A program made the position numbers and the translations under genes. The notes under the pieces were generated by a model. It had not been told where the DNA came from and searched no databases. It worked only from the letters and a program-made list of their open reading frames with translations. This document shows, piece by piece, positions 37,626 to 46,234 of a stretch of 64,000 nucleotides of DNA. Position 1 is the stretch's first letter, and every line of letters begins with the position of its first letter. The stretch lies in the sequence record NC_047880.1; one strand, written 5' to 3'.

Positions 37626-38297
37626 TTAACCCTCTACGACAATGAGCACAGGACGAACAGCTTCATCCAGCTTGAGGAACGTTGCGCCTACGAGATAACC
37701 ACCTTTCTCTACTTGCTTAACGACCGCTTTCTCAAGGTCTGTTTCCCACTTGTCACGCTGATTTGATTTGTAGGGTTCAAACGTTTCGGAAGCATCGTAG
37801 TAGTTATACGTTTCACCAGTAGGGAATGGGATACGCGCTAAGAATTGCAGACGATTGCAGTTCTTCATCGGTGTCTTGCGCAGTTCTTTCGTCAGCTTAA
37901 CGTCTTCAGGCTTAGAGCCGGGCACAGCTTTGAATGGCAACTTTGGTTGTGCTTCTTTCGGAGCAGCAGGCAGTTTCTCACGCGCTGGCGTATTCTTATC
38001 AGTAGCTTTCTTAACACGAATGCCACTAACAGTTCCAGTGAATGGACGACTGCGGCCTAACAGAGAACGAGCACCAGCAGCATCAACTTGAAACACGACA
38101 GAGGGATCATCACGGTGCAGAACATAGAACACATTACGTTTTGCAGCTTTGATTCCGAACACATCTTTCTCGTCGATATCCGCTTCATAGTCTTTGTTCT
38201 CGAGGGCGACTTTGCGTTTACCTTCGAAGCGATACCAATCGCAGTCGAGAATTGCTACTTGCGGCTTGCGGGCACTTTCGCTAAGAAAAATAAGCAT
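37626..38297 (-). CDS. Hypothetical protein, possibly head-internal (223 aa from MLIFLSES)
   Basis: Start reassigned to ATG 38297 (RBS GGAG, downstream of the terminator); N-terminal S-E-S followed by the shared domain. Confidence 0.7.
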   Translation of the reverse strand: MLIFLSESARKPQVAILDCDWYRFEGKRKVALENKDYEADIDEKDVFGIKAAKRNVFYVLHRDDPSVVFQVDAAGARSLLGRSRPFTGTVSGIRVKKATDKNTPAREKLPAAPKEAQPKLPFKAVPGSKPEDVKLTKELRKTPMKNCNRLQFLARIPFPTGETYNYYDASETFEPYKSNQRDKWETDLEKAVVKQVEKGGYLVGATFLKLDEAVRPVLIVVEG

Positions 38298-38313
38298 AGT
38301 GTCTCCAGAAACG

Positions 38314-38340
38314 AAAAAGGGCCAAAACATCTGGCCCTTG
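38314..38340 (-). terminator. Intrinsic terminator after the tube gene
   Basis: AAGGGCCAGA-TGTT-TTGGCCCTT-TTT. Confidence 0.75.
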
Positions 38341-38343
38341 TGC

Positions 38344-38853
38344 TTATGCTTCTTCGGCGTAGTCGAAGGACCATTCGATTGATACCGGAACAGCCTGAGC
38401 AGCACCAGAGAACTGCAAGTCTGGAACTACTTTTGGCCACACACCGAAGATGTTGTACTCTTTAACAACAGAGCCATCCATATCAAAGATACGGAAGATT
38501 GCTTTGACAGCGTACTCTGCTTTCTTCGCACCGAGCTGGGTCTGCGTAGCACGTACAAGAGTATGCCACGCTTCCAGAGCGGAATAGACTTCCATCTCGG
38601 AGTTTTCGTTGTATTCAGTTGAGAGAGCATGAGAGAAGATCTTACGACCAGCATAGTTGAGCTGATGGCCGAACGCTTCTTTCAATACTTCTTCCAGTGT
38701 AGAACCTGGCTTAACACCAGTCTTACACATCAGGCGAAGAGTACGCGCATACTCAGTACCACCAACTGGCGGGTTAGGAATCAGGAACTCGAAGTTGTCA
38801 TCGAGTAACGGATCCTTCGTAGACGAGAACTCGTCAAGAGTTACCTTAGGCAT
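38344..38853 (-). CDS. Tail tube protein (T4 gp19-like, 169 aa)
   Basis: DPLLDDNFE, YAGRK.F, F.I.D.DG..VKEY...GVWP and V..SFDY; directly follows the sheath gene. Confidence 0.88.
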   Translation of the reverse strand: MPKVTLDEFSSTKDPLLDDNFEFLIPNPPVGGTEYARTLRLMCKTGVKPGSTLEEVLKEAFGHQLNYAGRKIFSHALSTEYNENSEMEVYSALEAWHTLVRATQTQLGAKKAEYAVKAIFRIFDMDGSVVKEYNIFGVWPKVVPDLQFSGAAQAVPVSIEWSFDYAEEA

Positions 38854-38863
38854 CTAAAGCTCC

Positions 38864-40549
38864 TTAGAGTGAACCGGATTGGATAAGTTGCAGCGCGTAC
38901 TGAATATCACCAACAGGTGGTACGATAGCAGTTACGTGAATGCGTTTGGTGTAGCGAGTCGGGTCAAGGAAGATATCAATGATCAGATCGCCGCGAGCTT
39001 CGTCTTCTGCCGTGTTGTTGGTATAGTCACAAGTGACAGCATACCAGCGCAGACCACGACCGAGTTTGATTGGCTCAAGAATTGCTTCCATCGCATCTTT
39101 CTGGCGTTGCTTCAACAGGTCATCGTTCGGTTCGAATACAGCGCTAAGGTTGTTAGCACGAACAGAAGCGTGAAGCATTGCGAGCAGACGACGAATGCCG
39201 ATATCTTGCAGTGGGCTTTTCGTAGTGTAAGTGGTATCAGCACCCCACACGAAGATACCTTCACCGTCAAAGACAGCAATCGGGTTAATCTGGTTATCGA
39301 CCAGAATGTCACGATCGCCCACTTTAAAGCGATAACGCACATCAGTAGCGAAGTCCAGCTTACCGCGATTCAGACCACCAGGTGCTAACCATGATGCTAC
39401 TTGGTCAGCAGTCAACATGCAGTACGCCATACACACAGACGCAGGCACGTAGTAGTCACGGGCGTTGTCGTTGTCACGCGCTTTAACATCACTGTTAGTC
39501 AACGCAGACCACGAACCGGTACCAGAGAACTCTGCTTCTTTGTACGGCTTGTTGCCACGACGATAAGCAACAGCAGCATCACGTTCCTGATAAACAGTAG
39601 GGATACCGTTCGTTGCGATACAGTCCATGCGCGATTCAGCGAGTGAGTCAATCTTGTTAGCAATAACAGGATGCTCAAGACCGCCGGAGCACAGGATGCC
39701 CGCTTGAATGTCTTCCCAATCGCGATAGTTATCCCAACCAGAAAGCACAGCAGCAAGGCTTGTATTCGCAATGGTAGCGTCTGAGTGATCGATATCAATC
39801 ACAGAGCCGTCTGAACCACCAGTGAACTGACCGTTAGGTGCAGTCGGATTCGTTGGGTCAGCAGGCCCGCCGCCTACAGAGTTGAGCACAACAAAGTCTG
39901 GGTCTTCCAGAAGCTTGTAGTGATTTTCGTTGAGCTTGAAGCGGACGTACTTCGAGTTAACGTTGATCACGTCTTCAATGAAGAACTGATTGCCTGCTTC
40001 GTCTTTGTAGTAACGAGTAGTCACCACATGAGTTTCCAACGCAGTCAGGAAACCTGTTTGATACACTTTGATGATGGACTTAATGCCCATTGCATCAGTC
40101 ACGTCAGGTTCGAACGTGATGTACAGGTCGTTTGCCTTAGCATACTGAGACAGAGCGTAGAGCAGACCAATATCGCGATCAGTGAAAGCAATTTGTTCTG
40201 GGTCTTCGAGTCCGCCGTCACCAAGCGGTCGGCATGTAGCAAAGTTATTATACGTTGTTAAGTACACACCTGCATACTTCACAGCGATAGCGACACGAGT
40301 AATGTTCAGCTTTGTTGCTTTGGTCATCAGAGTCTTGGCGATCTGAACGTTGTTAGCGTAAGGACCTGTTGCTGGACCGAACAGTGTGTCGATTTCAGTT
40401 GTTGAAGTAACAGTGGTATTCTCACCAACGACGCCACGAGGGAATGGCAGAACCAAAGTACACATGCCGAACTGGACAAGTGCTGCTTGATTCGAGCGGT
40501 CATTCTCCTGTGAGTATACCCCAGGAGAGGGGTGATTAGGTTGTAACAT
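38864..40549 (-). CDS. Tail sheath protein (561 aa)
   Basis: PSPGVYSQENDRS start; W.APGGLNRG, L.DNQINPI, VWG..T and IRRLL sheath motifs. Confidence 0.93.
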   Translation of the reverse strand: MLQPNHPSPGVYSQENDRSNQAALVQFGMCTLVLPFPRGVVGENTTVTSTTEIDTLFGPATGPYANNVQIAKTLMTKATKLNITRVAIAVKYAGVYLTTYNNFATCRPLGDGGLEDPEQIAFTDRDIGLLYALSQYAKANDLYITFEPDVTDAMGIKSIIKVYQTGFLTALETHVVTTRYYKDEAGNQFFIEDVINVNSKYVRFKLNENHYKLLEDPDFVVLNSVGGGPADPTNPTAPNGQFTGGSDGSVIDIDHSDATIANTSLAAVLSGWDNYRDWEDIQAGILCSGGLEHPVIANKIDSLAESRMDCIATNGIPTVYQERDAAVAYRRGNKPYKEAEFSGTGSWSALTNSDVKARDNDNARDYYVPASVCMAYCMLTADQVASWLAPGGLNRGKLDFATDVRYRFKVGDRDILVDNQINPIAVFDGEGIFVWGADTTYTTKSPLQDIGIRRLLAMLHASVRANNLSAVFEPNDDLLKQRQKDAMEAILEPIKLGRGLRWYAVTCDYTNNTAEDEARGDLIIDIFLDPTRYTKRIHVTAIVPPVGDIQYALQLIQSGSL

Positions 40550-40591
40550 CGTGAATCTCCATGAGAATGGGCATCGTGAAACGACTGTATC

Positions 40592-40598
40592 AAATTAG
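40592..40598 (-). promoter_or_regulatory. CTAATTT candidate late-promoter motif
   Basis: Intergenic, about 43 nt upstream of the sheath ATG. Confidence 0.5.
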
Positions 40599-40605
40599 CG
40601 TTTTG

Positions 40606-40950
40606 TTAATAGCAAATCACATTAACACGCTGTTCGACGTCACTTACTAATACGGATTGCGCCATCTTACCAGTCAGGGTGAACTGACCTTCAATGATCA
40701 ACTGACCACCAGCGTATTGCAGAATGATTGGTTCAGCAGTGTCGATGTACAGAAGACCTACAATCTCAGGCAGAGCATATCCTTTTGGACCTACGATAAC
40801 ACTCTGCATTGAGTATGCGCCATCGAGAGGAATGCCAACAGGATGTGACTGGCGCTTGAGCACTTCGTTTTGATTCGAACTAACAGAACGCACACGGCTG
40901 TCAATGACAAGTGTACGGTCTAGCTTACGATACTTCTCGCGTGTGTACAT
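40606..40950 (-). CDS. Hypothetical virion protein (114 aa)
   Basis: TAATG overlap; lies between a neck-like gene and the sheath. Confidence 0.7.
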   Translation of the reverse strand: MYTREKYRKLDRTLVIDSRVRSVSSNQNEVLKRQSHPVGIPLDGAYSMQSVIVGPKGYALPEIVGLLYIDTAEPIILQYAGGQLIIEGQFTLTGKMAQSVLVSDVEQRVNVICY

Positions 40951-41624
40951 TACGCATCCCCTTCAGGTTCTTTCGCTGTGTCAACGTCCATATCAATCTC
41001 AAAGGACTCGGTGACTTCGCCGTAGTTGTTAATCTTAGCTTGTTCAAGGTTGAAACCAATCTTACTTTTGATAAGAATAGGAATCTCAAGCTCGAAGCTT
41101 CCTGGAGTTGAGCCATCATCAAGGTCTTCGATGGTAGGCATAGGGATACTATCACCTTCAACAGAAACACGCACAGTCCATTTAGCTGTAGGCATTTCAA
41201 TAGAGAAGCTGAGTAAGTCAGAGATGGATGCAACCAGCAATTGCTGTACGAACAGCAGTGCCTGATCAACATTCATAAACTTAACGAATAACGTCCCACT
41301 CATGTTGACAGGGAAGTAATAGTTGGTGACTACGATAGCATTCGTATCACTACCGCCAACAGCCCAACCTGAGCCATGACGTGCAACTGTCTTCGGGTTA
41401 GATAACGTCTCACGGTCAAACGCTATCGTAGGCAATTTGAACCAGCCGTACGGATAATCAGTGCTATAGTTGTTCGTAGCACGAATACCCTGCTTTGGGT
41501 TGTTATGCACAGACCAGACGAATCGCTTTAGCCCGAAGCCTTGTCGAAACTGGCGCTGAAACCCAAAGATGGTAGCACGTAACGATGTGCTGTTGCGTAG
41601 CATACCTGTAAGATTTGCACTCAT
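40950..41624 (-). CDS. Probable neck / tail completion protein (224 aa)
   Basis: Position between capsid and sheath; beta-rich. Function by synteny only. Confidence 0.5.
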   Translation of the reverse strand: MSANLTGMLRNSTSLRATIFGFQRQFRQGFGLKRFVWSVHNNPKQGIRATNNYSTDYPYGWFKLPTIAFDRETLSNPKTVARHGSGWAVGGSDTNAIVVTNYYFPVNMSGTLFVKFMNVDQALLFVQQLLVASISDLLSFSIEMPTAKWTVRVSVEGDSIPMPTIEDLDDGSTPGSFELEIPILIKSKIGFNLEQAKINNYGEVTESFEIDMDVDTAKEPEGDA

Positions 41625-41642
41625 TTGCGGCGCTCCAGATAC

Positions 41643-41670
41643 AAAAAAGGGCAGCCGAAGCCACCCTTTT
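41643..41670 (-). terminator. Intrinsic terminator ending the head operon
   Basis: AAAAGGGTGGC-TTCG-GCTGCCC-TTTTTT, preceded by an ACCCGA-TT-TCGGGT hairpin. Confidence 0.85.
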
Positions 41671-41690
41671 GGTTACCCGAAATCGGGTGC

Positions 41691-42104
41691 TTAGTCGAGA
41701 CGTATGCGAATTAACGTGGAAGACTCTGAATCAATGAACTCGTCATTTTCATCATCGGCCTCTTCGTCATCTTCACCAAAGTCGAAGTCATCATCAGATG
41801 ATTCTTCATCAGTGTTAATGTCGTCCACTTCGTCGTCGCCGTACATTGACTCGGAACGTTCTTCCTCGGCGTCAAGTTCTAAGGCAGAAGAGAGAGCCGT
41901 AACAGCAGTTGTCATTCCGCTTGCGCTACTGAAAGAATCAACTAAGCACTGTGCTTCGTAGTTCTCGGTCAGTTGGCACTCAAGGAATTGATCTGAATCT
42001 GGCGCACAAGCAGCTTGCGCAGCAAGTCGAGCAGCGTCAGCCCAGTTACCATCACGAATCGCAATTAATGCCAATGCAGCTAAGGAACCAGATAAGGTCT
42101 TCAT
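41691..42104 (-). CDS. Acidic head-associated protein (137 aa)
   Basis: Follows the capsid gene; D/E-rich tail with RSES and DSES motifs. Confidence 0.7.
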   Translation of the reverse strand: MKTLSGSLAALALIAIRDGNWADAARLAAQAACAPDSDQFLECQLTENYEAQCLVDSFSSASGMTTAVTALSSALELDAEEERSESMYGDDEVDDINTDEESSDDDFDFGEDDEEADDENDEFIDSESSTLIRIRLD

Positions 42105-42117
42105 GTATGGTCCTCAG

Positions 42118-42124
42118 AAATTAG
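42118..42124 (-). promoter_or_regulatory. CTAATTT candidate late-promoter motif
   Basis: 14 nt upstream of ATG 42104, immediately before the GAGGA RBS. Confidence 0.45.
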
Positions 42125-42159
42125 GGCAACGTTATGCTGCCCTTTGCATTAGAACTCGC

Positions 42160-43260
42160 TTAGCCACGAACCGCTTTAGCCACGGAACGAACGTTAGCCA
42201 GGGTGAAGCTGAAGGTGCTAGACAGCAACCAGCCGCGGTCAGTGTTACCCTGGTTAGCGCCAGACGTTGGAGTAGACTGGGTGCCGCCACGAGTGGTGTA
42301 CATCGCGTGGTAGTCCTGGTCAGCAATAACGTACAGCTCACCCTGTTTCAGAACGATGTGCTCTGGTGCGCGCATACCATCGGTCAGCAGTTCCATACCC
42401 AGCAGGGTACCCAGGCGGCCGGTGATCAGCAAGTCATACTTAGACACTGGGTCCAGAGCAGAACTGAACTGGTCGTTACCGACGATATCGTTCCAGTAGT
42501 CATACGCCATCACAGCGGTTGATACTGGCAGCGGCCAGGACGCAACAGAATTTTTCAGAGTAGACAGCAGACGAGGAGTCAGGTCACCGTGAACATAAGT
42601 CACAGGGTTCTGAATACCAACTGCTTGGTCACACGCACGTTTCCACAGACGGTCTTCTGCAACCATGATGGAAGTCAGACCATCCTGTTGAGCGCGGTCC
42701 AGCAGATCGCCGTTGATCTGGTCCAGGTCCATTTTGCTGACGCGAATGTTGGATTTCAGTTCAAACTCAGCAGGCGTGTAAACACGACCGCGGAATTGGT
42801 AGTAACCCATGTCAGTAGGACCAGTAGCGATGATTGCTTCTGATTGGTGAGTTTTCAGTTCGATACGAGCAACGTCGCCTTGACGAACAGTTGCGCCTTT
42901 ACAAACTTTACGCAGAAGACCAGCACGTTCAGCACGGTCTTCGATAGAGCCAACGATTGAAGCACCCAGTGAAGCCCACTTAGCGCCAGACTGATCTGCA
43001 ACAGCTTCTGCCAGCAGTTCAGTTTTCTCTTCGTTGGTCAGGCCGTTAGAAGCAGCAGACTGGCTATGAACCAGTTCACCGTTCTGGAAAGCCTGCATCA
43101 TGCGAGTGATGTTAGACACCAGGTCTTTCTGCGAGTAAGCATTCAGCTCACCGGTAGACTCAGACAGTGCGAGTTCGCCTTTGCCGCCGAAACGCAGTTG
43201 TTCAATCGGGTCGCCGTTACGCAGAGTTACTTTCGCGCCGCGCATTAAGGAATTTGACAT
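42160..43260 (-). CDS. Major capsid protein (366 aa)
   Basis: Strong codon bias, AGGAG RBS, head-module position and an HK97-like pattern (P.EFEL..NIRV..MDL; GRLGTLLGMELLTD). Confidence 0.85.
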   Translation of the reverse strand: MSNSLMRGAKVTLRNGDPIEQLRFGGKGELALSESTGELNAYSQKDLVSNITRMMQAFQNGELVHSQSAASNGLTNEEKTELLAEAVADQSGAKWASLGASIVGSIEDRAERAGLLRKVCKGATVRQGDVARIELKTHQSEAIIATGPTDMGYYQFRGRVYTPAEFELKSNIRVSKMDLDQINGDLLDRAQQDGLTSIMVAEDRLWKRACDQAVGIQNPVTYVHGDLTPRLLSTLKNSVASWPLPVSTAVMAYDYWNDIVGNDQFSSALDPVSKYDLLITGRLGTLLGMELLTDGMRAPEHIVLKQGELYVIADQDYHAMYTTRGGTQSTPTSGANQGNTDRGWLLSSTFSFTLANVRSVAKAVRG

Positions 43261-43320
43261 TGTTTGCTCCTGAGAATTTTATCTCGTAGTTTCAGTTCAA
43301 TCAGTCACGGTGCGCGACGA

Positions 43321-44028
43321 TTAAGCGCCGTAAGAAGAGGTGGTTTCGACGATCAGGTAACCGCGATCAGAGGTCGGTGCCTGCTTGATGATCAAGCCTT
43401 TCAGCTCAGTACCAGCGCCACCGATGGTCAGTTTACCGTTCGGGCCCAGTGAAGGGTGCAGAACGTTATCAGCAGACCAGTCAGCATTGGCATCAAACAT
43501 AGAGGTAGCAACGTTACCCAGTTTGATATAACCAACGCGGCCTTCGATGTTGGATGGCAGACCACCGATTGGTGCGTCAGCAGTGTAAGAACGCGCTTCG
43601 GTCACAGTCAGCTCGTAAGCATACTGGATGAAGACTTTCTTACCGATGTCAGATGCGTGGAAATACAGATCAGCACCCTGAACACCGACTTTGCCAGCAG
43701 CAGTAGGAGCAGCGTTAGCTTCCTGTTCTGCTTTAACGCCGTCAACTTTAACCAGCAACTGGCCAGCTTCTGGCAGACGAGACGCGGTGAATTTTTTGGT
43801 GGCATCAACAACGAATTCTTCGACGCGGTTCTGGAACGCTGGTGGCATGTTACGTGCCAGAGCGAAACCTGCGAATACTTCGTCAGCAGCACCGGTAGAC
43901 AGACGCACGAAGGATTTACCACCTTCACGAGCCCAAACCAGAGCAACACCTTCTTCGTGGATTACTTCGCCCGGCAGCAGATCAGCTTCCTGGGTCTGTA
44001 CGATAGCAGTAGCGTTTTGAAACAACAT
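43321..44028 (-). CDS. Head decoration / capsid-stabilising protein (235 aa)
   Basis: Highly biased codons; lies between the scaffold-like gene and the capsid; EEGVALV and FAGFAL resemble decoration proteins. Confidence 0.6.
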   Translation of the reverse strand: MLFQNATAIVQTQEADLLPGEVIHEEGVALVWAREGGKSFVRLSTGAADEVFAGFALARNMPPAFQNRVEEFVVDATKKFTASRLPEAGQLLVKVDGVKAEQEANAAPTAAGKVGVQGADLYFHASDIGKKVFIQYAYELTVTEARSYTADAPIGGLPSNIEGRVGYIKLGNVATSMFDANADWSADNVLHPSLGPNGKLTIGGAGTELKGLIIKQAPTSDRGYLIVETTSSYGA

Positions 44029-44081
44029 AATTAAATTCTCCGATAAGAGAGGATTAAAGTCAACTGATTGCTACGCGACGA

Positions 44082-46157
44082 TTAGCCGCGCAGACGTTTC
44101 AGTTTATCTTCGAATGAGCCAGTGGAAGCTGAACTCTGAGATTGAACATTAACAGGAGCATGTTCCTGATTCAGCAGATCGTTTGCAGAGTTGTTAATCG
44201 GTTGAGCGACAACAGCCTGCTGAACTACAGTCTTCGCAGCAGTAGCAGCGGTAAGAGTACCGGCCGCAGCATTAATGCTTTCGGAGATTTCGTTCTGAGC
44301 TACTTCGGATTTCGACATCAGGTCCATAGCTTTAGACAACGCTACTGCCAGATAGTCTTTACCGTGAGCAATGAACGCACGTTCAATCAATGCGCGTGGC
44401 TCTTTCAATCCGGCGGATTGCAGTGTGCTGCACAGTGACTCAACGATTGGGTTGCGAGCATCACCCCAGAAGTTTTTAACGATACCCAACTGAGCAGCAG
44501 ACAACGCAGAGATAAGGCGCTCTTTGTTTGCGTCAACAGCTTCGGTGATGGTGGCGTTAACGGTTTCAGTCGTTTCGCTGATACGAGCGTCGGACTGAGC
44601 AACCAGCAGTTTGTCAACCGGCATTTCGATTGTGAATGGCATGAAGCCAAACGAATTGCAAGTTTCAGAAACACCGTTCTGATTCAGAGACACGCTGATT
44701 GCACGAATGAAATTATCAGTTGCGAAGTTTTTCGCAGCGGATTCTTCACTGATTGCGTTTGATACAGACGCGAACGTTGCGCGAGCGATCGGCATACCGT
44801 CGTAGTTCATAAACACTGAATCTACTTTACCGCCGGTAGCGCGAGACAGGCTGACCAGAGCAGGGTCCAGATTGCCGTGCTGCGCTTGCGCTGCGCTGAG
44901 ACTGTCGAAGGTGCAGGACACGGCGCCGCTTTCAGATTCGATATCTTCGTCGTCGTCGAGGTCCAGATCATCTTCATCCAGGTCTTCGTCTTCGTCAAAG
45001 TCGAGGTCTTCATCGTCTTCGTCTTCCAGATCGTCTTCGTCATCGCCGGAGCCGCTTTCAGAATCAATGTCTTCGTCGTCGAGGTCTTCTTCATCGAGGT
45101 CCTCGTCGTCCAGATCATCTTCATCGTCAATGTCGTCTTCGTCGAAGTCTTCATCGTCTTCGTCGTCAGAACCAGATTCGGAATCAATGTCCTCATCTTC
45201 GTCTTCATCGGCGTCGAAGTCTTCGTCATCCAGATCGTCTTCATCCAGATCATCTTCATCGAAGTCTTCTTCGTCGTCATCAGAAGATTCGGAATCAACG
45301 TCGTCGTCTTCTTCAACGTCGTCGCTATCCAGATCTTCGTCGTCCAGAATGTCGATATCGCTATCGTCATCGCCGCTTTCGGATTCGATATCCAGCAGGC
45401 CGCCTGAACAGTGAGCGCAGAATACAGGCTCTTCATCAGAGCTTACAGTGAATGGCTGTTCGCAGTTAGCGGAGCAGCTATACATGTGCGCTTCAACTTC
45501 ATCACCTTCAACGCTTGAAGACAGGGCTTCAACGCTTGAAGACAGGGCTTCAACGTTTTCTTTCGGCTCGTTGCTAGTGACTTTAGCACCAGTGTACGGG
45601 TCGAAGTTTGCGTGAGTAGCAGCGTTGAAAGAACCACTACCAGACAGCGCGGTGAATGCGTGTGCGTTGCTCAGAGCCTGCACGAAGTTGCGTTGAGCTT
45701 CTTCGGCGGTAGCACCTGTTGCAACTAAACCTTCGTGCTCGACAGTCTGGCTGGCGGAAGCGGATTCAGCTAAGAAGCTTTGAACGCGCTCGTCAGTGAT
45801 TTCAGACAAGTCCGCAGAGCACGACGGGCAGCAACCCTGGATGTTCGCAGAGCTATCGCTGATAACGTGGCTACCACAACCATCCAGACAGATGGTGTAA
45901 TAAGCTTTGACGTCAGCAGAGCTAGACTCTGACTGGAACTCGGCTTTTGCAACCAAATCAGGGCGTTCCACCAGCAGTTCAGAACCGCCGTTAGGATTGT
46001 AGAGGTCAACAGAGCTATTGGAAGCGAATGCTACGCCATCTTTCGATGCGTAAAACATTGTGTTCTTACCGACAGCAGTTTGACGAAAGTTCTCTACAGC
46101 CTGATTATGGTTTTGACCGACACACAGGATACCCGCAAGACGGGAAATCTTTGGCAT
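44082..46157 (-). CDS. Prohead scaffold/core-like protein with Zn-ribbon motifs and a long acidic tract (691 aa)
   Basis: Cys pairs (CLDGC/CPSC; CSANC/CAHC), about 150-aa D/E tract punctuated by (I/V)(D/E)SES, and a helical C-terminus; directly upstream of the decoration and capsid genes. Confidence 0.6.
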   Translation of the reverse strand: MPKISRLAGILCVGQNHNQAVENFRQTAVGKNTMFYASKDGVAFASNSSVDLYNPNGGSELLVERPDLVAKAEFQSESSSADVKAYYTICLDGCGSHVISDSSANIQGCCPSCSADLSEITDERVQSFLAESASASQTVEHEGLVATGATAEEAQRNFVQALSNAHAFTALSGSGSFNAATHANFDPYTGAKVTSNEPKENVEALSSSVEALSSSVEGDEVEAHMYSCSANCEQPFTVSSDEEPVFCAHCSGGLLDIESESGDDDSDIDILDDEDLDSDDVEEDDDVDSESSDDDEEDFDEDDLDEDDLDDEDFDADEDEDEDIDSESGSDDEDDEDFDEDDIDDEDDLDDEDLDEEDLDDEDIDSESGSGDDEDDLEDEDDEDLDFDEDEDLDEDDLDLDDDEDIESESGAVSCTFDSLSAAQAQHGNLDPALVSLSRATGGKVDSVFMNYDGMPIARATFASVSNAISEESAAKNFATDNFIRAISVSLNQNGVSETCNSFGFMPFTIEMPVDKLLVAQSDARISETTETVNATITEAVDANKERLISALSAAQLGIVKNFWGDARNPIVESLCSTLQSAGLKEPRALIERAFIAHGKDYLAVALSKAMDLMSKSEVAQNEISESINAAAGTLTAATAAKTVVQQAVVAQPINNSANDLLNQEHAPVNVQSQSSASTGSFEDKLKRLRG
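44872..45414. repeat. Low-complexity acidic coding repeats (DDEDLD...IDSESG units)
   Basis: Recurrent tcttcatcgtc-type triplet runs; five S-E-S-delimited units. Confidence 0.85.
45506..45555. repeat. Perfect 21-bp tandem duplication (encodes ALSSSVE twice)
   Basis: cttcaacgcttgaagacaggg x2 plus cttcaacg. Confidence 0.9.
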
Positions 46158-46234
46158 GGTAAAACCCTCATTGATAGAAGTCGTTGTTTTCGACGTATTA
46201 AAATTAATGTATGCAGAAAAAATAGAGGTATTTT

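Noticed and set aside
45506-45555. 21-bp direct repeat as a mini-CRISPR or att site
   Set aside because: Tandem with no spacer and in frame within a coding sequence; a simple coding duplication.
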